From: Planktothrix sp. GU0601_MAG3
GTDB lineage: Bacteria > Cyanobacteriota > Cyanobacteriia > Cyanobacteriales > Microcoleaceae
DNA length: 64,000 nucleotides
Assembly (NCBI GenBank): GCA_035193785.1
Contig: CP136572.1
Coordinates: 800,001 to 864,000 of the forward strand
Reading direction: 5' to 3'
Made by a program: the position numbers and the translations under genes. Below the pieces are notes generated by a model. The model had not been told where the DNA came from, searched no databases, and worked only from the letters and a program-made list of their open reading frames with translations. This document shows, in pieces, positions 1 to 11,659 of the stretch (position 1 is the stretch's first letter; each line of letters opens with the position of its first letter).

Positions 1-1
1 A

Positions 2-3000
2 GAATATCAAGTTCTTAAAGTTCTAGTCACTGATTATATCATAAAAGATTGGGAAAATCAAGATGAACCAGAACATTTAAGAACCATTCGTGACCGTCTT
101 CTGGTGAAGGAAAAACGAGCCAGTCGGTTATTAGGAATTTATCAACAAATTTTACATCATAGAGAACTGGAAACCGATGGTAGTCAAGAACAAACGGAAT
201 TACAATTATCAGGATTAATTGTGAAACGAGGGGCAAAACTCAAGGTTTATAATTTAATTTATCAAGAAGTTTTTAATCTGGATTGGTTAACCAAAGAATT
301 AACAAAATTGCGTCCCTATTCAGAATCTTTTATTGCTTGGAAAAAATCCGGGTATCAAGACGAGTCTCGGTTATTACGGGGACAAGCATTAATTGATGCC
401 TTAGTTTGGGAACAGGATAAAAATTTATCGGCGGAAGATTATCGCTTTTTAGAAGCAAGTCAGAAATTAGAACAAAAAGCGACTAAATTAGAATTAGAAG
501 CCGAAAAACAAGCCAATAAAATATTAGTGGAAGCCAAACAAAACGCTGATTTATCCCTAGCAGAAGCTAATCAAGAATTAACTAAAATCAAAAAACAAAC
601 TGAAAAGCTAATTCGCCGAGGGCGAAAAGTCACGATAATCACAGCTATTATCGCCGGAATCCTGAGCTTATCTGTTTTCATTTTTGCTCAAAACAAGTTA
701 ACAACTTTTAACTTAGTAAATACTAGATTAATGAATGCTGTGGCTAAAGAAAAATTTTCGGCAGATCAACACCTTGAGTCATTGATAGAAAGTTTGAACG
801 CTGCACAGCAATTAAAACGATTAAACAAATCAATTTGGGATAGAGATAACATTAAATCCCAAGTTTTTATTACCCTTAATCAAGCTATTTACACAATTAA
901 AAACTATCAAATTCTCTCTGGTCATAGTGGTTGGGTATCAGCAGTCATTTTTAGTCCCGATGGGAAAATCATTGCTTCTGCGGGTGGTGACAACACTGTA
1001 AAATTGTGGAAACCAGATGGTACTCCGATTAAAACTTTATCGGGTCATAGTGGTTGGGTATCAGCAGTCAGTTTTAGTCCCGATGGGAAAATCATTGCTT
1101 CTGCTAGTGCTGACAAAACTGTAAAATTGTGGAAACCAGATGGTACTCTGATTAAAACTTTATCGGGTCATAGTGGTTGGGTATCAGCAGTCAGTTTTAG
1201 TCCCGATGGGAAAATCATTGCTTCTGCGGGTGCTGACAAAACTGTAAAATTGTGGAAACCAGATGGAATTCTCCTCAAAACTTTATCGGGTCATAGTGAT
1301 TCGGTATCAGCAGTCAGTTTTAGTCCCGACGGGAAAATCATCGCTTCTGTTAGTCGTGACAAAACTGTAAAATTGTGGAAACCAGATGGTACTTTGATCA
1401 AAACTTTATCGGGTCATAGTGATTCGGTATCAGTAGTCAGTTTTAGTCCCGATGGGAAAATCATTGCTTCTGCTAGTGATGACAACACCGTGAAATTGTG
1501 GAAACCAGATGGTACTCTAATTAAAACTTTATCGGGTCATAGTGATTCGGTATCAGTAGTCAGTTTTAGTCCTGATGGGGAAATCATTGCTTCTGCTAGT
1601 GCTGACAACACTGTAAAATTGTGGAAACGAGATGGTACTCTGATTAAAACTTTATCGGGTCATAGTGATTGGGTATTCGCAGTCAGTTTTAGTCCCGATG
1701 GGAAAATCATTGCTTCTGCTAGTCGTGACAACACCGTAAAATTGTGGAAACGAGATGGTACTCTGATTAAAACTTTATCGGGTCATAGTGATTGGGTATT
1801 CGCAGTCAGTTTTAGTCCCGATGGGAAAATCATTGCTTCTGCTAGTCGTGACAACACCGTAAAATTGTGGAAACCAGATGGTACTCTGATCAAAACTTTA
1901 TCGGGTCATAGTGGTTTCGGTATCAGCAGTCAGTTTTAGTCCCGATGGGAAAATCATTGCTTCTGCTAGTGCTGACAACACTGTAAAATTGTGGAAACCA
2001 GATGGTACTCTAATTAAAACTTTATCGGGTCATAGTGATTGGGTATCAGAAGTCAGTTTTAGTCCTGATGGGAAAATCATTGCTTCTGCTAGTCGTGACA
2101 AAACCGTAAAATTGTGGAAACCAGATGGTACTCTGATCAAAACTTTATCGGGTCATAGTGGTTGGGTATCAGCAGTCAGTTTTAGTCCCGATGGGAAAAT
2201 CATTGCTTCTGCTAGTGCTGACAAAACTATAAAATTGTGGAAACCAGATGGTACTCTGATCAAAACTTTATCGGGTCATAGTGGTTGGGTATCAGCAGTC
2301 AGTTTTAGTCCCGATGGGAAAATCATTGCTTCTGCTAGTGCTGACAACACTGTAAAATTGTGGAAACCAGATGGTACTCTGATCGAAACTTTATCGGGTC
2401 ATAGTGATTCGGTATCAGAAGTCAGTTTTAGTCCCGATGGGAAAATCATTGCTTCTGCTAGTGATGACAACACCGTGAAATTGTGGAAACCAGATGGTAC
2501 TCTAATTAAAACTTTATCGGGTCATAGTGGTTGGGTGTCAGCAGTCATTTTTAGTCCCGATGGGAAAATCATTGCTTCTGCTAGTGCTGACAAAACTGTA
2601 AAATTGTGGAAACTTGATGGCACTCTAATTAAAAATTTATCGGGTCATAGTGATTCGGTATCAGCAGTCAGTTTTAGTCCCGATGGGAAAATCATTGCTT
2701 CTGCTAGTCGTGACAACACCGTAAAATTGTGGAAACCAGATGGTACTCTGATTAAAACTTTATCGGGTCATAGTGATTGGGTATCAGCAGTCAGTTTTAG
2801 TCCCGATGGTAACATTCTTGCTTCTGCTGGTAGAGATAATCAGATCATTTTATGGGATTTAACGATAGATATAGATGAATTAGCTGCTTTGGGTTGTCAT
2901 TGGTTAAAGGATTATTTTGTAACTCATTCAGAAGTCAGACAAGAATTATCTATCTGTCAGGATAAAGCGGTATTGAAAGCGACTCCCTTACTTTTATTTA

Positions 3001-3647
3001 ATCAAGCACAGGAGTTAGCAAAAATTGGCAATATTCAGGAGTCTTTAGCTTTATTTGAAGAAGCGAAAAAACTGGACTCTACTCTGCAATTTCATCCCCA
3101 AAAAGATGTTTATCAACCAGCAGCATTATATTGGGTTAATCAAGCTAAAATTTATGTGGCTGAGGGAGATGCCAAATTTTCCAAATTTCTCTTTAATAAA
3201 GCTCTGAAAATCAATCCCAATCTCCAGATTAATATAGAAGCAGAAATTACTCTTGCAGAAGCAATTGATCATCTTAAGCAAAAGAATATCAAAACAGCAA
3301 TTAAGTATTATAAGGCAGCAATTAATATTGATAAAAATCTTGATGTTTCAGCCGAACAATGGTACAATTTATGTTGGGATGGTAGTCTAAATGGATATGC
3401 AAAAGATGTTTTATTTGCCTGTGAAAATGCGGTTAAACTTGCTCCTAATGATGGAAATATTAGAGATAGTCGAGGATTAGCTAGGGCTTTAACAGGTGAT
3501 TTTAAAGGAGCAATTGAGGATTTGCAAGATTTTATTAAATGGACGAATGATGATAAAATTAAGACAGAAAGACAGGGCTGGATTAAGGTATTGAAAGCGG
3601 GTAAAAATCCCTTTAATCCAGAGGTATTAGAGAAGTTAAAGCAATAA
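2..3647 (+). CDS. AAA_35-type NTPase C-terminal region, coiled coil/TM, ~16 WD40 repeats and TPR (5'-truncated; apparent +1 frameshift near 1915)
   Basis: Frame is open from base 2 ([18 protein letters not shown]...[10 protein letters not shown]...YNLIYQEVF, typical of the AAA_35 C-terminus). It contains [29 protein letters not shown] repeats and a C-terminal TPR-like region ([20 protein letters not shown]). ORFs 104..1939 and 1911..3647 join by removing one T in GGTTTCG. Confidence 0.85.
914..2860 (+). repeat. ~16 near-identical 123-nt (41-aa) WD40-coding tandem repeats
   Basis: The motif actttatcgggtcatagtg recurs with a 123-nt period. Confidence 0.95.
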
Positions 3648-3651
3648 TTTA

Positions 3652-3745
3652 TTAGCCCAGAAATAAATTTCGGGCTAATAGCTAAAACCCGTTAAAACGG
3701 GTTGATGAAATCAAGTATTGAGTTATCTTTGGATAACTTCAGCCT
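3652..3745. repeat. Cluster of short palindromes between convergent genes (REP-like or bidirectional terminator)
   Basis: ttagccc..gggctaa, aacccgttaaaacgggtt and agttatctttggataact. Confidence 0.5.
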
Positions 3746-3817
3746 TTATAGCACTACGCATTACAGTTAGGACACTTCTAAATCCAGCAAACTCATTCCC
3801 TGTTCCCTGTGGTTAAA

Positions 3818-5379
3818 TTAAGGAATAACTCGATATAATGGTAAGGGAGATTCAATGCCTTTGAGTTTACGTTCTCCTAAATAAGTAATTTGTAAGGATA
3901 AATGATTCTTAACCACATCATAGACCGTTTGAGAAATACAAAGTTCTCCCGGTATTGATTGAGATTGTAGCCGCGCAGCAATATTAACCCCGGTTTCCTA
4001 ACACATCTCCACCGCTTAAAAATACATCCCCAACATGAATCCCAATCCGATGTTTTAAACTCGTTTCTGGATTAGTTTCGGCGGCGGTTAAAGCTCGTTG
4101 AATTTCCAACCCACAACGCACCGCTTCCACAGCAGAACTAAAATAAAGTAATAATCCATCCCCCATACTTTTAAGTTCTTGTCCGTTGTGCTGACGGATT
4201 AATTCTCGCATCCGAGTAAAATCCCGTTTTAAACACTCTAACATCTGTTTTTGATTGCGTGCCATGCGGCTTGTTGAATCCACAACATCTGTGAACATAA
4301 TCGCGGCTAATTGGGTTTCTTGAAGGGGAGCTTTTAAGAATTGTCCTAATTTTTCTTTAAAATAAATGCGATAGAGATTACATAAGGGGGAAACGTCATT
4401 CCCTTGAAATTTAACTAATCCCATACTTCGCAGTTTAAAGGCTTCAGCAGAAGGAATCGAAACAGGATAATCACTATTAATCACCTGTTTTAAAATATTT
4501 GTTAACTCTTCATTGTTTTCTAAATTGGATAAATGGCGGCGTAAATGATCATAGTAACATCCGGCCTCCGTGGGAGCAGTTTGGATGAATTGTTCTAAGG
4601 TAATTTTATCTTTAGCAATTTGATAGAGTGCCACTCTCACTAAATAGGGATGTCCGCCAATCATATCTAATAAAGCGGTGAATTGAGCCTCGGAAAATTC
4701 CAATCCATGACGGTTAATTAAATCCTGAATTTGTTCCGGGGTGAGTTCGGGAAGTTCCACGGGTAATCCCACATTAAAGGGAGATTGATTAATATTCAGG
4801 GGAATATAAACTTCTTTAGAATGGGAAATCACTAGGCGCAGATTTTGCCAAATTGGTTCATTTTTGCTGCGTTTCATGCCAAGCTCTTAATAGTCCAAAA
4901 AAATCAACGGCAATTTCAGGGTGTTGAAAGATTAAATCGACTTCATCTAATCCCAAAACTAACGGAGAATCGAGTTGAGCCAGTAAATATCGTTGTAAAT
5001 ATTTGGTACATTTATTTTTACTGCCAATTACCCCTTTCCAATATTCTTCGAGTTGGTCATCGAAGCCTAATTCTTCCGCAATACTGGCACAAAACCATTG
5101 TAAAAATCGATCCAGATTACTAAAAAATTCATAGTCGGCTAACTGAAAATTCAAACAAGCTCTGTGATATCCCTGTTGAGTTCCATGGTGGAGAATTCGG
5201 TGCATCAGGGAGCTTTTTCCCATTTGTCGGGGGGCTTTAATCCGAATTAAGGCTGTGGGTCGTATTAAAGCCTGGTAACAGTCGGTTTCAATCGGAGGAC
5301 GTTCAATATATAAAGGAGAGTTTAGGGGTACTTGACCCTCGGGCTCTTCGAGTTGCATGGGGCGGACAGGTGGGTTCAT
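3818..5379 (-). CDS. AAA_35 NTPase fused to a class III adenylate/guanylate cyclase (two apparent frameshifts, near 4872 and 3994)
   Basis: Walker A IKAPRQMGKSS and Walker B LVLGLDEVD. Cyclase motifs MFTDVVDST, KSMGDG, RIGIHVGDV and, after repair, GTGVNIAARLQ. Stop at 3818-3820. Confidence 0.85.
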
Positions 5380-5624
5380 AATGGAAATTTGGGGTGTTTA
5401 TTGTTTCTGTTATAGCTCGAACAGCATAACTGTTGACTCAATTACAGATAAAATTAGCATTAGCATTTAAACCTGAACGTTTTATCAGATCTTTACAAAA
5501 AAAACTAAAATCTTTAAACTAACCCCTGTTAATTTCCCTACTCCACAGACTACATTGTATTTATAGGTTATCGGTATTGATACCGTGATCAATTTTGATT
5601 TAAAACTTAACAAAAGGATTTAAC

Positions 5625-6452
5625 ATGAATACTACACCCAAAGCAACTATGAAATTACTCATCATTGCCACTCCGGCTATTGCTTTATTAAGTAGTGTTT
5701 CCCCTGGTCTTGCGGGTACATTAGCTAAAGCTGAAGCTCAAACCTTGATTTATAATTTCAGTCAATTACCTACAAAAATTTCCACGTTTACAGATACTCA
5801 AACTCTAGCATTAGCTCAGAAAGGGGCTGTATTAGCTTCAGCGAATGCTAATGCCTATTTTGATGTTAACTGCTTGGAACCTGACTATTGTTTTCCCCTG
5901 GCTAATAATAGTTCCCAAGCGATAACTCTAGGAGGAGGTAAAGAATATTTGGGTTTAGCTCAAAGTCAAGCAGCAGCTATTGGTTATCAATTTAAAATTG
6001 CTGATAATCAAGAATTTTCTTTTGATTTTCTCTCATTTTTAAATTTAGAGACCCAAAAATCACAGCCACAAGAATCGACTCGAGCAGAGAATTCTATCGC
6101 TTTCTATTTGTTTGAAGATTCTACCAACACTCTGTTAGATTTCTTCAGTATAAATAGCTCGTTAAATTCTTCTAACAAACATAATTTATCGATCCAAAAT
6201 AGTAACGGATTTCAATTGTCGCCGTTGATGACAACAACAAACCATGAAGAAAATCAGGCATCTGCTGAGATTTTTTTATCAGGATTATATTCTCGTCAAT
6301 TTAGTCAAGGTCAAAGCCTAACCTTAATTACCTATCAAAAGAGTGCCACAATTGCCCAAGCACCTGAACCATCAACCCCCGTCTGGTTATTAATTATGGG
6401 TGCATTAGGAGTCGCATTAGGCTTGAAAAAAAAATCCAGTTTGTCTGATTAA
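5625..6452 (+). CDS. Secreted PEP-CTERM sorting-domain protein
   Basis: N-terminal signal peptide. C-terminal APEPST followed by a hydrophobic helix and a basic KKK tail. Confidence 0.85.
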   Translation: MNTTPKATMKLLIIATPAIALLSSVSPGLAGTLAKAEAQTLIYNFSQLPTKISTFTDTQTLALAQKGAVLASANANAYFDVNCLEPDYCFPLANNSSQAITLGGGKEYLGLAQSQAAAIGYQFKIADNQEFSFDFLSFLNLETQKSQPQESTRAENSIAFYLFEDSTNTLLDFFSINSSLNSSNKHNLSIQNSNGFQLSPLMTTTNHEENQASAEIFLSGLYSRQFSQGQSLTLITYQKSATIAQAPEPSTPVWLLIMGALGVALGLKKKSSLSD

Positions 6453-6518
6453 CTTACGAAATTAATCAGTTTTAATGTGCATTTATTTGCTGGCAACAAC
6501 TAATGTCTAATTAAAATT

Positions 6519-7259
6519 TTAAGTGTTATATAGCCGATAATTTAATTCACTAGCTAACCACTCTTTAAATAGTTTTTGTAGAATCTCTTGATAACGTTCA
6601 GGAGTTAATTCAGCTTGAATAAACTCCTCAACTAAGATTAAATGATAACCTTGGTCAGTTTTGACGGGACTTAATATTTCTCCTGGAGTTGCACCAAATA
6701 CAATTGCAGCAAAATCCGCTTTTAATCCCAAACGATAGAGTTTACCTTCATAGCCACACTTTTCACGACGTCGGGGGTCAATATCATATAAATGGGCGGC
6801 ATGATAGAAACTAATTTCTTCTTCTTCTATTTGATAAAATAATTCCCTAGCCAAGCGCTGATAGGGAACAATAATTTGATATAATGAAACTTGCTCAAAA
6901 CTCAAGCGATTTTGAACAAAGTATTTTTCAACATCCTTAGCAAATAAAGATTCGGCTAATTTTTGGGCTAAAAGACGTTCTCGAATTCCCGCTTCCCAGT
7001 CATCGGAAGTGATCATTTGGTCAGCTAACCATGCTAAGGTATCCGCCGCCTTTTCTAAGCGTTTTTCATGCCGTTGTTGGTTAGCTTGGTTTTGAATTTC
7101 TTCATCCGTTACAATAATACCTCTTTCCTCAGCAACTTGATCTATAACTTTTTGAAACAAAATCTTCTGATGAACTTCCTTGAATTCCAGATTACGTTTC
7201 AGGAAGCCAACAATTTCCTCATCACCAAGTGAGTCTTTGGAAAGTTGCACCATGATCAT
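6519..7259 (-). CDS. PpiC/parvulin-type peptidylprolyl isomerase of cyanobacterial T1SS clusters
   Basis: EEEISFYHAAHLYDID...GYEG and GEILSPVKTDQGYHLILVEE motifs; located in the exporter cluster. Confidence 0.8.
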   Translation of the reverse strand: MIMVQLSKDSLGDEEIVGFLKRNLEFKEVHQKILFQKVIDQVAEERGIIVTDEEIQNQANQQRHEKRLEKAADTLAWLADQMITSDDWEAGIRERLLAQKLAESLFAKDVEKYFVQNRLSFEQVSLYQIIVPYQRLARELFYQIEEEEISFYHAAHLYDIDPRRREKCGYEGKLYRLGLKADFAAIVFGATPGEILSPVKTDQGYHLILVEEFIQAELTPERYQEILQKLFKEWLASELNYRLYNT

Positions 7260-7280
7260 TTGTATTTAACCCCAACTCTT

Positions 7281-8965
7281 TTAGCTTAACATTAACAGAC
7301 TATTATAAATTATGGTGAAATCTGTTGGCGTTAGTGTCGTTTGTCCATTTACAGAAACTGTACCTAACACAACACCAAGAACTTCAGATTGACTATCACT
7401 ACCAAGTTTAATTACGGTAGCATCAAGACTTCCATCAGCATTAGAATCAAAGGTTTCTAATACTAATGATTGTACGATTAAGTTTTCCGGCAATCCAATC
7501 TTATCACCTTCGGCAGTATTAAAGTCTGTGATTATATCCGCTAAATTGGGGTCGGTGTTGGGGAAATTAGGATTTGTGCTTAAAACAAATATATCCGCAT
7601 CTGCTCCTCCTGTTAATTCATCTTGACCGAGATCACCAATTAGAATATCATCACCATTGCCACCGATTAAGATATCATTACCTTTCCCCCCTCTAAGAAT
7701 ATCTTGATCATTTCCTCCATCAAGAGTATCACTACCTTTGTTTCCTTGTAATAAGTCTGTTCCACTTTTACCTTCAATGTTATCTGCCCCTTTCAACCCG
7801 CGTATTGCATCATTTTTATTGCTACCAATGAGTTGATCATTTTCGATACCACCGAGTTGTGGTGCGCGTTCAATTTCAGAAGCTACAACGGTTAAAGGAA
7901 TGGGTTTCTGGACTAATCTGAATTAAGCGGGAACTAGAATTATTATTGTTATTTTGATTATCCGGTTCTGTGATTGCGGTTGTCTCTATCGTTGGTAATA
8001 TATCCGTACCACTAATATCAGCTACGTTTGCTTCACTAGAAGTAGTATCGGGAATAAAAACAGACTCACCACTATTTTGAAATTCTTCAGTTGGGAGAAT
8101 CATTATAGCTTGACTTTCTTCCCATGCACCGATGTCATCGAGAATAGCAGTGGAATTAGAACTAGAATTATTATCGTTATTTTGATTATCCGGTTCTATG
8201 ACTACGGTTGTCTCGGCCGTTGGTGATATATCCGTACCACTAATATCGACTACGTTTTCTTCACTAAAAGTATCATCAGGAATAAACACAGACTCACCAC
8301 TATTTTGAACTTCTTCGGTTGGGGAAGTAGCTGTGGTTTGAGTTTCTTCCTCCGCACCCGTGTCATCGAGAATAGCAGTGGAATTAGAACTAGAATTATT
8401 ATCGTTATTTTGATTATCCGTTTCTATGACTACGGTTGTCTCGGCCGTTGGTAATATATCCGTATCACTAATATCGACTACGTTTTCTTCGCTAGAAGTA
8501 TCAGGAATAAAAACAGACTCACCACTATTTTGAACTTCTTCGGTTGGGGAAGTAGCTGTGGCTTGAGTTTCTTCCTCCGCACCCGTGTCATCGAGAATAG
8601 TAGTGGAATTAGAACTAGAATTATTATCGTTATTTTGATTATCCGTTTCTATGACTACGGTTGTCTCGGCCGTTGGTGATATATCCGTACCACTGATCGC
8701 CTTTGCTGTCGCCTCACTAGAAGTCGCACCGGGAATAAAAACAGACTTCTGACTTTGTTGAACTTCTCCGGTTGGGGAAGTGGCTGTGGCTTGACTTTCT
8801 CCCCCCGCACCCATGTCATTGACAAAAGCAGTGGAACTGGAAACTAGAACTACTCCCGTGAAAATTCGTATTGGGGGAGTTAATTGTGGTGCTCGGAGAT
8901 ACTGTATTTATAAGATCATCTAGGGTGATGAGTTTATCGCTGAAACTTTTGTTAATGTTGCTCAT
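7281..8965 (-). CDS. Secreted acidic Ser/Thr/Asn-rich repeat protein with C-terminal RTX Ca-binding repeats (apparent frameshifts near 8842 and 7905)
   Basis: ATG at 8965. Four ~76-aa repeats are followed by GGxGxD nonapeptides and an ADIITDF...GDKIGL tail. Removing single bases at two GAAAC/GTTTC sites joins the pieces. Confidence 0.75.
7930..8840 (-). repeat. Four ~225-228-nt coding tandem repeats
   Basis: tggaattagaactagaattattatcgttattttgattatcc occurs near 8151, 8379 and 8604, with degenerate copies near 7930 and 8832. Confidence 0.9.
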
Positions 8966-9095
8966 TTGCCATTAAAGGGAATAAGTTGATGTGATAAAAA
9001 TCTGAAAGTTCTTGAATTTTAAGATTTGGTACTTTTACTATTTTTTTTGAGCATAGTTATCAGACTCGATTGTAACCTAGTTATCTAGTCGTTGC

Positions 9096-9369
9096 TGCCA
9101 AAATGGCAGTTTATTCATATTTTTGATTTTTGACTGGATTAATATTAGATTAGGTTGCTTTGGGAGTTTAAAACCCCAAAACTAATCTGCCAAAATGGCA
9201 ACACAGGTGGGAAAAGCCTGGCTATATTGAGAACATCGAAGGAACACAAAGTTGTTCAGCCAAACAGAAAAAGATTCTGCCAAAATGGCAACATCTCCTT
9301 GTTAACCTTTGATAAATTGATAACAGAAAAACAAAATTGTTACCGAAAAAAGATTCTGCCAAAATGGCA
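9096..9369. promoter_or_regulatory. Four TGCCAAAATGGCA palindromes in a divergent promoter region
   Basis: Copies at 9096, 9188, 9278 and 9357. The last two share 26 identical nt (AAAAAGATTCTGCCAAAATGGCAACA). Confidence 0.7.
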
Positions 9370-9444
9370 ACACAGACACCACAAGGCAAGCTAAATTAGG
9401 TAACAGGAAAACAAAAAACACTTACTTTAAAAAGGACAAAACCA

Positions 9445-9738
9445 ATGATTATTTCTGACCTGAGCTACTTGGAATCTGCTAACAATTCTGCTGTTGTTGG
9501 TGGTATCGCTGATCTAAACTATACCACTGATCTAAAATTCGAGGAATGCGTAGATATTTGGAAAGAGTTTGAGGTAACGGCTACTGTGGACGGCATTAGT
9601 GCTTTTGCAGAAGCCGATGCATACGCCGAAGGTGAGAATGCTCACGCCGAAGCACTCAGTTTCACCTTCAGCGAAGTTGACGGATGCGGTTATGGTACAG
9701 TTTCCGCTAGTGCGACCTCTTTGTCTATCTCCGGCTAA
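9445..9738 (+). CDS. Small secreted protein with a double-glycine leader (cyanobacterial DLxYLE...GG type)
   Basis: MIISDLSYLESANNSAVVGG|IADL..., an AAGGA RBS upstream, and a C39 peptidase exporter in the same cluster. Confidence 0.8.
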   Translation: MIISDLSYLESANNSAVVGGIADLNYTTDLKFEECVDIWKEFEVTATVDGISAFAEADAYAEGENAHAEALSFTFSEVDGCGYGTVSASATSLSISG

Positions 9739-9852
9739 TTCAACTTTCCCAAAAGCTGGTAGTTCCCTGGAGAACTACTGGTAATACGAAAAGCCAGTGG
9801 TTCTTTAGGGAACTACTGGTAATACTTTCTGATAAATTAAAATAATTATTTA

Positions 9853-9889
9853 AGCCGCTGAAAACTTGAGAACCAAGCTTTCGGCGGTT
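9853..9889. terminator. Stem-loop, probable terminator between convergent genes
   Basis: agccgctgaaaacttg...caagctttcggcggtt forms an imperfect inverted repeat. Confidence 0.5.
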
Positions 9890-10157
9890 GTTATATTCCA
9901 TCCTTTAATATTTGCTACAAATACTTGATCGGGTAGCTAATCACTTTTTTCTATCTCCTATTCCCTATTTTCTTTCCCTCCCTGTTCTCGTTCGACTGGC
10001 TCACGGCTAACGACGCAGCCTGTTCCGGTGTTCCCTTGCCATCTGTAGCACTAATTTAATGATTTCATATCAAGTATTATCTAAGCCGCTAATCAAATCA
10101 CCACCTGCTTGTATAGGTGGTGATTGTTGTTTTCTAGCTGATTTGTTACCAAATGGG

Positions 10158-11316
10158 TTAAACGAAAGTAAATTGGGTCGGGTTGATAAGACTCAAAACA
10201 GGAGACGTTTCCTGACAGACCAACCGCCTGCACGATACCAATTAATTCCGTACCCAATGAAATCCTTGTATCGTAAATACCTACGGGTGCACCTGGAGTG
10301 GGAGTTAGCGACAAAGTATAATCAGTCGTCGTTCCCTTCAGCTGAATTTTATCCAAACCATTCTGGAAGTCAGAAATCAAAGCGAAGTCGCTATTGCCAG
10401 CAGATTTGTAGTAAACATAATTAGGATCACCGAGAACAAAAGTGTCTCTCCCTCTTAGGGTCGTTGGTACGCCAGATACATCGCCTCTATAACTATCAAC
10501 CTCAAAGGCTCCCGGAAGAGTGCTATCGGCGTTAACACCAATCAGAGTATCATCCCCTAAATTACCGACCGTGTTGTCATTGCCACTACCCCCTGTGAGG
10601 ATGTCATTTTCTCTACCCCCATCAATGCTGTCATTACCGGCACTAGCTACTATGGTGTCATTGCTATCCCAGCCAATGATCAAGTCATTGCCGTTGCCCC
10701 CATCCAAGTAGTCATTGCCGCTGAAACTGGAGGTGTTGGTGAAGCCACCGTAGATGGTGTCATTACCTTCGCTGCCAAGGATGGTATCATTGTCCCCGGC
10801 AATCCCAGTATAAACCCCGTCTCCGATGATTCGGTCATTGCCTCCGGCACCGTTAAGATCGTCCTTTCCGAGGCCGCCATCAATTAGTTCATTACCGAAG
10901 CCGCCAATAATCATGTCATCGTCTTCTTGTCCAATCATACTGTCATCGCCGCCACTACCGAGGAGTTGGTCATTACCCTTACCTCCAAACAGCAAGTCAT
11001 TGCCAAAGCCACCATTTAGGTCGTCATTGCCGTTGCCCCCATCAAGGGTGTCATTATCAGATCCTCCATCAAGGTAGTCATTTCCTTCGCCCCCATCCAA
11101 GTAGTCATTCTGGCCGTTTCCAAACAATTGGTCATCGCCATCACCTCCGTAGATGGTGTCCTTGTCTGCGCCTCCAGAGACAAAATCGCTTCCCCCTAAT
11201 GCAAGAATGCTGTCATTTCCACCACTGCCGAAGATGGCATCATCTAGCTCGGTTGATTTAAGGGTAGTATCAAGTCCAATAATGTCACCTAAGTAGGTTC
11301 CGTTGACCACTGCCAT
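10158..11316 (-). CDS. RTX-type calcium-binding protein (apparent frameshift near 10208; repaired C-terminus ...NPTQFTFV*)
   Basis: Many GGxGxDxLxG repeats and a C-terminal DTFVLGD...DFALISDF...DKIQL...ELIGIV tail. Confidence 0.85.
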
Positions 11317-11385
11317 ATATTTTACTTCCTTGTTTTAAGTCTATTGATTCTGTCAACAGCATAAGCAGATTTATGCTGTAATCCC

Positions 11386-11398
11386 TGCCATATTGGCA
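11386..11398. promoter_or_regulatory. TGCCA-TAT-TGGCA palindrome ~70 nt upstream of the RTX gene
   Basis: ctgccatattggcag. Confidence 0.6.
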
Positions 11399-11659
11399 GT
11401 AATTTTCTATATAAATATTGCTGTTAAATCTTCATTCATAGCGGTTCTGAGTTGGGTGCAATACAGTAGCCACTACCGGATAGTTTCATCTGATGGAAAT
11501 GCGATCGCGCCAGTCCCAAGCACGGTCAGGGTATCTGACAACAAGCGATCTGAAACTATTCAATCAGTCACTGTACAAACTTCTGGTGATTTATCTTCTC
11601 ACCGCAATTCATCCCCGTTCACTGAACCGTATTTTCAGAGCAGGGATTCATGTTTATTG

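Noticed and set aside
9096..9369. TGGCA as a sigma-54 -24 element
   Set aside because: There is no correctly spaced TTGC -12 element, the motif is palindromic, and cyanobacteria are not known to have sigma-54.
9096..9372. Regularly spaced palindromic repeats as a CRISPR array
   Set aside because: The core is only 13 nt, the period is 79-92 nt and irregular, no cas genes are present, and single copies occur at other promoters, which fits an operator better.
9155..9394. 79-aa ORF with repeated CQNGN
   Set aside because: It has a TTG start and no RBS, and the repeats are simply translations of the DNA palindromes.
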